From an uncultured Pseudomonadota bacterium (GTDB lineage: Bacteria > Vulcanimicrobiota > Vulcanimicrobiia > Eremiobacterales > Eremiobacteraceae), in assembly GCA_963736005.1 (NCBI GenBank), contig CAVTNB010000001.1, forward strand, positions 256,001 to 320,000: DNA of 64,000 nucleotides. Direction: 5' to 3'. Under the pieces are notes generated by a model. That model saw nothing but the letters and a program-made list of their open reading frames with translations, was not told the origin of the DNA and searched no databases. Below are positions 10,278-19,083 of this stretch, piece after piece. Both the position numbers and the translations under genes were made by a program. The first letter of the stretch is position 1, and every line of letters begins with the position of its first letter.

Positions 10278-10418
10278 TTACGTGCAGGCGGGGTGTCCGC
10301 ACTCGCATTTATGCTGTTGCTGGTGCTCCGTGTGTTTGGCGCAATGTCCACTGCAGAACCGGCCAGATGTCGCCATGCACTTACAGTGCTCGTGTTCGCA
10401 TTTTTTTGGCTCGGCCAT
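10278..10418 (-). CDS. Metallothionein-like Cys/His-rich peptide, MAEPKKCEHEHCKCMATSGRFCSGHCAKHTEHQQQHKCECGHPACT (46 aa; not in the ORF track)
   Basis: AAGGGAG RBS. 8 Cys and 7 His in the pattern CxHxxCxC-FCSxxC-CxCGHxxC, resembling bacterial BmtA/SmtA metallothioneins. Confidence 0.85.
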   Translation of the reverse strand: MAEPKKCEHEHCKCMATSGRFCSGHCAKHTEHQQQHKCECGHPACT

Positions 10419-10589
10419 TGAATTAATCTCCCTTGCAAGACGCCTGGGTGCAGGAAAAGGCTCAGCTATCGTTTGTTCCTTGGATTAGCTGGCCACCTGC
10501 TCGACGAGAGAAAACGCTGTCGATACGAGCGCTAGCGACCCACGAGACGGCGTTTTCCGCTAAGCGGTCCTAGAATTGAGCATTCCGAA

Positions 10590-11336
10590 GTGATGCGCGC
10601 TCTTACACACGAAGAAGATCAGGTGATCGACCAAGACCTTTTCGAGGGGACTCGCGAGGAGCTGGCGACACGGCGTTATGCCGTTCTCCGTCCCGACGTC
10701 ATCATTTCAGCCATCGACCGCCTCAAGCTGCGTGCCGCCGTCTTTCAAGACGCGCGCCTCGAAGTAGACCAGCCGGACATGCATCCCAATCGGAGTCGCG
10801 CCGATGCCGTGCTGAGGTTTGCGTGGAGAGGAAGCGACGTTGAGCTCACCCTTGGTCCGAACCCGTCCACTGCGCCGGAAACTCGTCAGGTTGTACGGTA
10901 CACGGCGAATCACAAAGGCGATCGGGAATACCTAAGGCTAAGGGCGCTCGACATTCCCGAATTGAGAAAGCTCCTTGTTGGCCTCCTCAATCTCATTCCG
11001 CGGGAGTCGCGACGGGAAAGGGGATTACTGGGCGTGCATGCCTTGCGGACGTTCGGAGACGTTGTTTTCGTTCGACATCGCGACGGGAGTGTTGACGCTC
11101 CGGTTGATTGGGTCGCATCCTATGTAGCGTCAAAGAGCGGGGACGGTGCAGAGACGCAGTTGACGTTAGATCAGGATGGCAAACTGCTTATTGCTAAGGC
11201 TGTTCTTGCCCAAGGCCAGCTGGCTGTGCATCATGACGCCACATTCTTTCATTACGTCACGCCTCTCGTAAGCGGAAGCCCTGACGGCAAGCAGCGTGAC
11301 GCTGTGGTCATTACTATTAGACCAGACTTCGAGTGA
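10590..11336 (+). CDS. 2OG-Fe(II) dioxygenase family protein (BsmA/2OG-Fe_Oxy_2-like)
   Basis: HRDG (HxD) motif, distal FHYVTP His, C-terminal RDAVVIT with the expected 2OG-binding Arg. Confidence 0.7.
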   Translation: MMRALTHEEDQVIDQDLFEGTREELATRRYAVLRPDVIISAIDRLKLRAAVFQDARLEVDQPDMHPNRSRADAVLRFAWRGSDVELTLGPNPSTAPETRQVVRYTANHKGDREYLRLRALDIPELRKLLVGLLNLIPRESRRERGLLGVHALRTFGDVVFVRHRDGSVDAPVDWVASYVASKSGDGAETQLTLDQDGKLLIAKAVLAQGQLAVHHDATFFHYVTPLVSGSPDGKQRDAVVITIRPDFE

Positions 11337-11388
11337 GCGCAGAGGACGCTTTAGTGCTTTTGGACTAAGGCAGGCAAGGGCGGTGGCA

Positions 11389-11397
11389 TGTTACAAT
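11389..11397 (+). promoter_or_regulatory. Extended -10 promoter candidate for peptide 2
   Basis: TG-T-TACAAT about 35 nt upstream of the ATG. Confidence 0.45.
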
Positions 11398-11432
11398 GGT
11401 CAGAGTCGCCCCTCATAAGGAGAACCATCCTC

Positions 11433-11528
11433 ATGTACACGGCCCCAAAAATTCTCGCATCTCTCGATGTCACGGCTGTCATGTCTGAAACTCTCGGCGA
11501 TTGCCACTCAAGCGCAGGAACTTTATAG
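11433..11528 (+). CDS. Putative RiPP-like precursor peptide 2, MYTAPKILASLDVTAVMSETLGDCHSSAGTL (31 aa; not in the ORF track)
   Basis: TAAGGAG RBS, candidate promoter and terminator; paralog of 9295-9396. Confidence 0.8.
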   Translation: MYTAPKILASLDVTAVMSETLGDCHSSAGTL

Positions 11529-11562
11529 TTTTCTGAACTTAGTTACGTACGGTGCACATCAT

Positions 11563-11593
11563 GGAGCCGGCGATACGTCGGCTCCTTCATTTT
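11563..11593 (+). terminator. Intrinsic terminator after peptide 2
   Basis: GGAGCCGGCG-ATA-CGTCGGCTCC 10-bp stem followed by TTCATTTT. Confidence 0.65.
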
Positions 11594-11793
11594 AGATATG
11601 GAACTTTAAATCCCAGTTTGCGATCGAGATGTTGTTGTAACCCCAGTTGGCAGAAGCACAGAAAGTGCGACCCGACGATAAGAGACTGTCCCCTCTCCGT
11701 CAAAGTACTGCAACAACGCAACACTTTCAAGCCGTGGCGCTCTTGCGTTTTCTGAAAGCTTGCGACTGGGGATCTGGTCCCAGGAGGGAGGCT

Positions 11794-13464
11794 ATGTCTT
11801 CACCCTCATCTCACCGAGCGACGGCGCGCGTAACGGTTGTCACCGCTTTGGCGGCCGCCGCAATGGCGACCGTGTTGTCCGGCTCAGCCTGCACGAAGGT
11901 CTCGACCGGAGGGCCGTTATCTAGCCGGGCGGTGCCGGGTGTCGTGCGCATCGTCGGCATCGGCTCGATGGACAATATGGTGCCGGAGCTCTCCGCCACG
12001 ATTGCCGCGGTCGACGTGGGGATGTTCTGGGCCGGCTGGTTCTTCATCGTCAACGACAAAGGTCAACTCGAGCCGGATTTAGCTACAGAGGTGCCGACGC
12101 CCTCAAACGGTGGCATCAGCAAGGACGGACTTACCATCCGCTATCATTTGCGTCGTGGTGTTACGTGGCATGACGGCGTTGCGTTCACGGCACGCGACGC
12201 GATCTTTACGTGGCGGCTTATCATGAACCCCAACAACAACGTGCTGAGCCGCACAGGATACGATCAAGTTGCATCTATGGACGCGCCGGACCCCTATACG
12301 CTCGTGGTGCATCTCAAAAGACCTTACAGTCCGGTTATCGCTGCATTGTTCAGCATGAGCGGAACGCCAATGTGCGTGTTACCGGAACACCTGCTGCGAG
12401 GCTTACCAGATATCAATCATGCCGCATTCAATAACAAGCCTGTCGGCACAGGTCCCTTCATGGTCGCACATTACGATCCGCAATCGGGGGTTGACCTCAT
12501 CGCAAATCCACACTATTGGCGAGGGCCTCCGAAACTCCATGACATTCACATCATCTTCGCGCAAGATGACAGCACGCGCATCGTGATGATGAGGACCGGC
12601 GAGGCTGACCTCTTCTACGATCCAGCAAATCGTGTGGTGCCGGAACTTGCAGGCATACCCGACACTCGAGCACTGCATACGCCATTCGAGGAGTTTTGGT
12701 ATCTCGATTTCAACCTAAAGCGTCCGCCCCTTGACGATCTCCGCTTGCGCCGAGCCATCGTGATGGCGGTCGATAGGCAGTCGATCATTCGCGACCTCTT
12801 GCACGGTTACGCGACGATAGCCAACGGCGATCAGCCCCCGTTCTCGTGGGCCCACGATCCATCCACGGAAGCTCCGTCGTACGATCCCGTGGGTGCAGCG
12901 CGCCTGCTTGATCAGGCGGGATGGGAGCTTGGCGCAGATGGGGTGCGACGCCGCAATGGGAGACCGCTCACGCTTGTGTACGCCTACAGCGTAAATTCCG
13001 GTGATGGCGTACGGTATGGCCCGATTTTCCAAAATGTTATGCGTCAGCTAGGTATTGTCGTCAGTGTGAAGGGTTACCCGGACAGCCTCTTCTACGCCGC
13101 GAAGCAATCCGGAGGGATCCTGCAAAACGGTAAGTTCGATGTTTCCTATCAAGGCTGGATCGGTGGCATCGATCCCGATGACCGGACTTTGTGGGCGTGC
13201 GATCAACAGCCCCCAAGCGGATACAACACGTCATTCCTTTGTGATCGGCGCGTCGACGAACAAGAGCGCATCGCAATGACATCGTACGACCTCAAGACGC
13301 GTAAGGCGGCATACGCTCGCATTCAAGAATTGCTCAACGCGGATCTTCCGGTCGATTTTCTGTATTGGTCGATGCGCAACGACAGCGTGCGCAGCGAACT
13401 CCGCAACTACCAGCCCGCTCCGGTGGTGACTGAATTTTGGAATAGCTGGAAGTGGTCCATCTGA
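11794..13464 (+). CDS. Peptide ABC transporter substrate-binding protein (family 5, OppA/AppA-like), likely lipoprotein
   Basis: PDLATEVP, SKDGLTIRYHLRRGVTWHDG, PVGTGPF, RLRRAI and ARLLDQAGW motifs. RBS AGGAGGGAGG before ATG 11794. No permease or ATPase adjacent. Confidence 0.9.
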   Translation: MSSPSSHRATARVTVVTALAAAAMATVLSGSACTKVSTGGPLSSRAVPGVVRIVGIGSMDNMVPELSATIAAVDVGMFWAGWFFIVNDKGQLEPDLATEVPTPSNGGISKDGLTIRYHLRRGVTWHDGVAFTARDAIFTWRLIMNPNNNVLSRTGYDQVASMDAPDPYTLVVHLKRPYSPVIAALFSMSGTPMCVLPEHLLRGLPDINHAAFNNKPVGTGPFMVAHYDPQSGVDLIANPHYWRGPPKLHDIHIIFAQDDSTRIVMMRTGEADLFYDPANRVVPELAGIPDTRALHTPFEEFWYLDFNLKRPPLDDLRLRRAIVMAVDRQSIIRDLLHGYATIANGDQPPFSWAHDPSTEAPSYDPVGAARLLDQAGWELGADGVRRRNGRPLTLVYAYSVNSGDGVRYGPIFQNVMRQLGIVVSVKGYPDSLFYAAKQSGGILQNGKFDVSYQGWIGGIDPDDRTLWACDQQPPSGYNTSFLCDRRVDEQERIAMTSYDLKTRKAAYARIQELLNADLPVDFLYWSMRNDSVRSELRNYQPAPVVTEFWNSWKWSI

Positions 13465-13800
13465 GATCGATCCTGAGTCCCCGGATCAGGGGCTGAGGGT
13501 CCAAAACCTGTCGAAGCTCTCGCCGCACGCACGCACAGCCTCCAACGGCGTTAGTACCCTTACTCGCGTGCCCGCCTTTTCCAAAAAATTTTGGGAAAAA
13601 ATTTCTTGAGCGTTTCGTCCGGGCGCACCGCCAGGCTCAAACATATGGTCAAACCTAGGGCACGGGTGTTCGAATAGATAAAAACTGGCATCACGACGCT
13701 TCTTTTTCTCTCTTTACGAGGGCGTTAGGCCGCCTACTGCCAAACAGCCTCACTTCCCCACTAAATTGTGCTTTCGCCTCATGTGTGAAAGGACATTATC

Positions 13801-14259
13801 ATGTTTCGAACACTTCGCGTTATTCTTTGCGCTCTCGTGTTAATGGGCGCTGGAACAAAGATACTTGGCAGCGCAGATGGAGAGACGCCGGGCACCCATA
13901 TCGATGTAACCCAACTCAAACGCATTTCTGGGAACATGGTTTCCCTGCAGTTTGTTTTAGCAAACAATATGAGCACGACAATTCCGCTGGGTGGCTTGAT
14001 GGACGGATCTGATCAAATGCACGACAATGCCACGCTTGCGGGCATCTATCTTGACGACGGAAGCACCAAATACACGGTCGTGCGCGATGCGCAAGGCAAG
14101 TGCGTGTGCAGCTCCGACTTGACCTATCTTGAGCCGAAGTCTAAAGTAAATCTTTGGGCCAAGTTTTCCGCGCCGCCAACATCGACTAAGAAACTCAATG
14201 TAGACGTGCCTCACTTTCCGCCGGTCGAAGACGTGCCTCTGACGCCGCTTAGCCAATAG
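13801..14259 (+). CDS. Secreted hypothetical protein (small beta-rich domain)
   Basis: Signal peptide, KYxVVRDxxGxCVCS and WAKFxAPP motifs, RBS AAAGGA. Confidence 0.65.
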   Translation: MFRTLRVILCALVLMGAGTKILGSADGETPGTHIDVTQLKRISGNMVSLQFVLANNMSTTIPLGGLMDGSDQMHDNATLAGIYLDDGSTKYTVVRDAQGKCVCSSDLTYLEPKSKVNLWAKFSAPPTSTKKLNVDVPHFPPVEDVPLTPLSQ

Positions 14260-14299
14260 GAGTGCCATAGGTCTGACAAGCCGCTAGAGGGTCTCGAGC

Positions 14300-15388
14300 A
14301 TGGTTACGATGCGCATTCGGAACTGCTTAATTGTTGCGTTCCTGCTTTTGAGCGCGGGGACTTTGTATATGGGCGTAAACATCGCCCCCGCCGGCGGGGC
14401 GCAGCAAACTAACACGGCGTCCGTCGCGATTACGGATGATCGCGTCGCACCGACGACGGTGACGATCGTGGTCGGCGGTCAGGTAACGTGGAGGAATAAC
14501 GGCACAAGTGCCCACGCGGTGATTGCAAAGAACAACGCTTTTGTGGGTTTTACACTCCAACCGACGGGGACCCGCAGCGTGTACTTCGCAAAGGCCGGGC
14601 TCTTCCCGTATCTTGTTGATGGACGGATGGCCGCGGTTGTGATAGTCGAGTTCGCCGCTGGTGGAGCAGGAGGCAGCGGTGGAACGAGCACGGCGAAGCC
14701 TTCATCGCAGTACGCTCGCTACGAGGTCGACATCTCTGTCACCATCCACGAGCACGAAGCTGGCCCAGTACCTCCCGCCCGATACCCACAAGAGGCCTGG
14801 GATGCGACCATTGAATGGACTGGCAATTGGGCGAACGTGTCCTTCCCGATTGCTCCTGACGCCGTGGGTGTGCGCCCCCGCCCGAGCGGCGTGTTTACGG
14901 GCACCATCCAGGCGTCAGATAAAGTCACGTTTTTCTATTTGGCGGATCCGAGAGAAAGTTCGGTGCAATGCAGGGGTGACATCTCGCGGGAGCCGGAGGC
15001 AGCGCGGTTGGTCTTCTCAGGCCGCTACCTCGGCGCATCAGGAGAGATGGATTTCACAAGTATCCCAGTCGATGGAGGGAAGTCGTTTTGGAGCAAGCTC
15101 AACTCCATCAAGGCGAGCTGTTCGGAGCCTTCAATCTTTCTTCCGTACCCAAATGGCTTCGACTTCACTACGCCCGATGGCATTGAGTTCTCAGTCATCC
15201 CCGCCTCAGCTCTGAACCTCCAGTTTAAGGCGACCTCGACAACAAAGATACCCTTCCCGCTCGACCATTTGATCGCGGGCCAATCGTTCGGCATAGAGAC
15301 GGGAACACAAACGAGGACCACGTCGGGAGGAGGCACCACTCGCACCGCGGATGAGGCGGTGTCCGTGCGCTTCAAAGCGCGCCCATGA
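14300..15388 (+). CDS. Secreted protein with an N-terminal cupredoxin-like domain
   Basis: Signal peptide. PTTVTIVVGGQVTWRNNGTSAH...FAKAGLFPY cupredoxin pattern, then a Gly/Ser linker and an unknown domain. Confidence 0.6.
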   Translation: MVTMRIRNCLIVAFLLLSAGTLYMGVNIAPAGGAQQTNTASVAITDDRVAPTTVTIVVGGQVTWRNNGTSAHAVIAKNNAFVGFTLQPTGTRSVYFAKAGLFPYLVDGRMAAVVIVEFAAGGAGGSGGTSTAKPSSQYARYEVDISVTIHEHEAGPVPPARYPQEAWDATIEWTGNWANVSFPIAPDAVGVRPRPSGVFTGTIQASDKVTFFYLADPRESSVQCRGDISREPEAARLVFSGRYLGASGEMDFTSIPVDGGKSFWSKLNSIKASCSEPSIFLPYPNGFDFTTPDGIEFSVIPASALNLQFKATSTTKIPFPLDHLIAGQSFGIETGTQTRTTSGGGTTRTADEAVSVRFKARP

Positions 15389-15424
15389 GAGCGTCCCATT
15401 GGAATCGAGACGCCTTAGCAAATC

Positions 15425-15805
15425 CTATTCCTCGAGCGGCGGCTCTAGCGGTTTGTCCAGCAGTGGGTTCTTGCTCAGTGAAAGCATCAGCCCTTGAGCC
15501 ATACGTTTGAGCTGCAGGGCCTGAATCGCTTTGAGTTGTGCCTGCGCCTTTAAGTCTAGATGCAATGCCGAAATGAGGGCCTGCTTCTCATCCCATTTTG
15601 TCGCCCTATGCGCCCTCATCTGTAGTCGCTGCTTTTTGCGGCAATACTGACACCAAAGGTAAGTGGTTGACTTACGCCGTCCGCAGTTGCTGCAGTGCCC
15701 TTTCTTAGCCCAAACCTCGCGTTTGGTTGGCTTGTGATGGCAATTGATGCAGCGTTCAAAACGGATTCCAAGAGACTGAGACATGGCATCAGTGTAGCAC
15801 GGCAT
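15425..15805 (-). CDS. Hypothetical basic Cys-rich (zinc-finger-like) protein, possibly of mobile-element origin
   Basis: Three CxxC pairs (CINC, CSNC, CQYC). Confidence 0.4.
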   Translation of the reverse strand: MPCYTDAMSQSLGIRFERCINCHHKPTKREVWAKKGHCSNCGRRKSTTYLWCQYCRKKQRLQMRAHRATKWDEKQALISALHLDLKAQAQLKAIQALQLKRMAQGLMLSLSKNPLLDKPLEPPLEE

Positions 15806-16190
15806 TGCGACATGGATAGGCGGCTGGGGTTTAATCCCCGCGTGTGCGCGTCTTACTTTCCTAGCGATTTTTTGTGGTACGCCTCTAGCGCGATTTTAAC
15901 AAGGACAACAGGCCTTCTTGTTGCCCACTAGGCGCTGAAAGTCTGGTTTTCGGTATTGATGGTGGCCCTCGGGTTGCTAAACCCCAATAGCTTCGTTCGC
16001 TCAAGTGTTCGCTGGGTTTTATCTCTACGTCCAAGAAGCTTCTAATCTGCCCGCGCGGGCAGCTTCGCCCTTTTCTACCTCGCATTTTACTCCGCCAAGT
16101 TATTCTCAAGCGAACTGAACTGGCTTTTGGGCCAGCCCTCCACGGCTTCAAAGATCGAACTTATTAGCCGTCTCGGTGCGGAGGTTGATT

Positions 16191-17564
16191 ATGATTAGCA
16201 AGCCCAATTTTAGTTATGGCCCGCAAGGTCGCCAAAAAGTCTTGGCGTGTCTCATCCTCATGTTGTCCATCTTGATGATACAGCCATCGCTCGGACAAAC
16301 ATACAGCCCTCTGCACACAACTACTATTTTTGTTCCCTCGCGGGCGAGAGTGCAAGGGTTCGGTCCGCCCTTTTACCTTTACCGTATCCTTCATAATTTC
16401 ACCGGTGGTCCAGACGGAGCTGAACCAACAGCTGGCTTAGCTCGTGACACCTCGGGCAATCTCTACGGCACTACCACCGGCGGTGGCACAACTGCTGGCA
16501 TATGCTCCTCATTTGGGAGTGGATGCGGTGTTGTGTTCAAGCTTAGTCCAACCGGCCATGAGACAGTGCTACACACCTTCACCGGAGGTGCAGATGGAGG
16601 GACGCCACTTCTTGACGGTGCGCTGATCCTCGACCAGCTGGGCAACCTTTATGGCACAGCTAGTGCAGGCGGATCATTCCAATGCACTGGCGCCTGCGTT
16701 TGCCCCGGTGCCGGCGGATGTGGCGTGGTCTTCAAGGTTGGCTCAGATGGTCAGGAAACGGTGCTACACACCTTCACTGGAAATGCTGAGGGTTACCAAC
16801 CGCTAGCAGGTTTAGTTCGTGATGCGCACGGCGTCTTTTATGGCACAAGTTTTACGGCATCAGACACGCTATTGGTGTTTAGGATGACGCCTTCAGGTAA
16901 TGTTCATGTGATTCAGAATAGCTTTCCCAATTGCGCCGCGCCGAGCCAGGAGGAAGCAAGCGGTGATAGTAGGGTGACTCTGGATTCAATGGGCAGTCTC
17001 TACGGCGTAGAGGAGTGTGGCGGCGGAGCATTTGGTCAAGGGGCAATATTTAAATTGTCACAGTCAGGTAGCTATAGATACCTTTACAACTTTCTAAGTT
17101 GTTGTGCTGACCCAGGTGGTTATTTTCACAACACACCGTTGGTTCGAGACGTCTTCGGCAACATCTACGGCACTACCCAAACTGGTGGCTCTTTCGGCGT
17201 GGGAACCGTGTTCAAGGTCGACCCGCTGGGCAAGGAGACGGTGCTGCACACATTTACGGGGGGGATAGATGGTGGGAGCAGCAGCGGTTTGATTCAAGAC
17301 AGCAGTTTGCTTCTAGACACACGTGGCAATTTGTACGGTAGCACTCCTGGCGGCGGCAGTTTCGGCAACGGGGTGGTGTTCAAGCTGAGCCCAACCGGCG
17401 AGGAGACGGTGCTTCACGCCTTCACTGGACGCGACGGGTCAGCCCCTATTGGCTCTTTTACAGCCGATTTGTCGGGCAACATTTATGGCACGGCCGCGGG
17501 CGGCGGTGCTTTCGGTCATGGCGTGGTGTTCGAGTTGTCACCTGTCTTTGTGCCGCATCCATGA
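16191..17564 (+). CDS. Secreted tandem-repeat protein (Gloeo_Verruco/GloVer-type beta-propeller repeats)
   Basis: Repeats of GNLYGTTxxGGxxxxGVVFKLxPxGxETVLHTFTGGxDG; GGAGG RBS before ATG 16191. Confidence 0.85.
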   Translation: MISKPNFSYGPQGRQKVLACLILMLSILMIQPSLGQTYSPLHTTTIFVPSRARVQGFGPPFYLYRILHNFTGGPDGAEPTAGLARDTSGNLYGTTTGGGTTAGICSSFGSGCGVVFKLSPTGHETVLHTFTGGADGGTPLLDGALILDQLGNLYGTASAGGSFQCTGACVCPGAGGCGVVFKVGSDGQETVLHTFTGNAEGYQPLAGLVRDAHGVFYGTSFTASDTLLVFRMTPSGNVHVIQNSFPNCAAPSQEEASGDSRVTLDSMGSLYGVEECGGGAFGQGAIFKLSQSGSYRYLYNFLSCCADPGGYFHNTPLVRDVFGNIYGTTQTGGSFGVGTVFKVDPLGKETVLHTFTGGIDGGSSSGLIQDSSLLLDTRGNLYGSTPGGGSFGNGVVFKLSPTGEETVLHAFTGRDGSAPIGSFTADLSGNIYGTAAGGGAFGHGVVFELSPVFVPHP

Positions 17565-18102
17565 GTTGTTCGGTATTCGGGAAGGCAGCATAGTCGCAGA
17601 CCAGGCGTCGAAGAAGCGCTCAAGCAATTAGTCGCCTATTCTCACGATCTCATCCCGCTATGGATCGAACTGTATTATTCTGTGCCCTCGCAGCCCCGGC
17701 CCCAGCGCATCCATTTCCCCGACTTAGATCCGTGCTCGCTCGCGCGGCAGCAAATCATTTCGCACCGGAAGGACCTAGCTTCAGGCTTTGTGCCTTTGTC
17801 TGGCGGACGACGCAAGCCTTGGGCCGCACTTGCCCCGGCCCCTGCGCGGCCAGTTCGCTGACTGATCTATGCTGGGTCTTGCGATGAGCCGAGCAGCACC
17901 ACCGAGCATTTGGTTGACAAAGGGTTGATTCGCAGCAATCGGCCGTGTCCGCCTCGGCCCCCAACGTAGCCATTTTCCTGACCTGAGCCCTTTAGGCGCA
18001 AATTACGAAAATTTTTGAATTTTATAACATAAGCGATGGCGAACCCGAGTTACCCAGAGCAGGTATTAAGACTGCTCCAACCCCACATTTGCGGAGGTCG
18101 CC

Positions 18103-18702
18103 ATGTCGCTTGAATTAGCGAACACCCTTGGAACCTTGATCACCGTAGCCATAGTCGCTGCAACTGCAATCGCCGCCATGGTACAGCTGCGACACCTGCG
18201 GGCTGGTAATCAGATCAACGCCATGCTGAGCATCGGCGAAGAGCTTAGCTCTCAACCGTTACGCGATGCCGAATACTTAATTCGTCACAAGCTTGACGCC
18301 GCGATGCGTGATCCACAATATCGAGATTATGAAATCGCATACTTGCGCAACCAAGGTCCATTAAAGGCCAACCCCGATTTCTTGGAACTGCATCGAGCGC
18401 GGAGACTGTTCGGGAATGCCTGGGAAGAACTCGGGATCCTTGTCAAGTGTGGCATCGTGGACAAGGCAATCTTTCTCGACCGTTATTCGTGGGTGATACT
18501 CAGGGCCTGGAAGCAAATGGAGAACGTGACGGCACTGGTGCGAGACGCCTCCGGCGACAATTCGCTTTGGGAGAACTTCGAGTATTTGGCCGTGCTTTCG
18601 GAGGACTGGCAGAAGGAAAATCCCAGCTCGTATCCATCTGGCGTCCGACGGATGCAACTCACGAACCCGTGGCCCGTGCCGCTGATGCCAGCAAGAGCGT
18701 AG
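18103..18702 (+). CDS. DUF4760-like membrane-anchored protein
   Basis: N-terminal TM helix, then QLRHLR, NxWEELGILVKxG, WENFEYLA; GGAGG RBS. Confidence 0.65.
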   Translation: MSLELANTLGTLITVAIVAATAIAAMVQLRHLRAGNQINAMLSIGEELSSQPLRDAEYLIRHKLDAAMRDPQYRDYEIAYLRNQGPLKANPDFLELHRARRLFGNAWEELGILVKCGIVDKAIFLDRYSWVILRAWKQMENVTALVRDASGDNSLWENFEYLAVLSEDWQKENPSSYPSGVRRMQLTNPWPVPLMPARA

Positions 18703-18921
18703 GGGAGATACTTGTTTCTGTAATCTCACAACCTGTCTCGCACTCAAAGTAGTGCAATCGCCAGGGCTCCAAGCGTCAGCGGCAAAGGTCGTTGACGAGG
18801 CATGGCGGACCCTTGTCGAAGTCGATCTTAGAGACGAAGTGACGACAATCTAGCTTACATCGACGATCAAATAAGAATGGAGAACCATAAAACATTACAG
18901 AATAAGGGTTTCAGCAATTGA

Positions 18922-18994
18922 TGGGGCGTCGCCAAGTTGGTAAGGCACCAGACTTTGGATCTGGCATGCGTAGGTTCGAGTCCTACCGCCCCAG
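18922..18994 (+). tRNA. tRNA-Gln(UUG); CCA not encoded
   Basis: Acceptor stem TGGGGCG/CGCCCCA, anticodon arm CCAGA-CT-TTG-GA-TCTGG, T-loop GGTTCGAGTCC. Confidence 0.95.
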
Positions 18995-19083
18995 CGTGAC
19001 GCGAGCCGCCGAAGGTCCGCTGCCCTAATGAACCGAGGCCGCTAATAAAACGTATCATCGTCATTGGGTAGAGGGGAGCGCCT

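Noticed and set aside
10198..10488. Track ORFs 10198-10488(+), 10206-10421(+) and 10241-10438(-)
   Set aside because: Shadow frames of the 46-aa metallothionein-like ORF, which has the RBS and the recognisable motif.
9295..11528. Calling the two peptides lasso peptides
   Set aside because: The leader is lasso-like, but neither core has Asp/Glu at positions 7-9, only one has the penultimate Thr, and no cyclase, B1 or B2 gene is in the window.
16380..17540. CRISPR array or non-coding tandem repeat
   Set aside because: The repeats are degenerate, in-frame protein repeats of the GloVer-type gene; no spacer structure or cas genes anywhere in the window.
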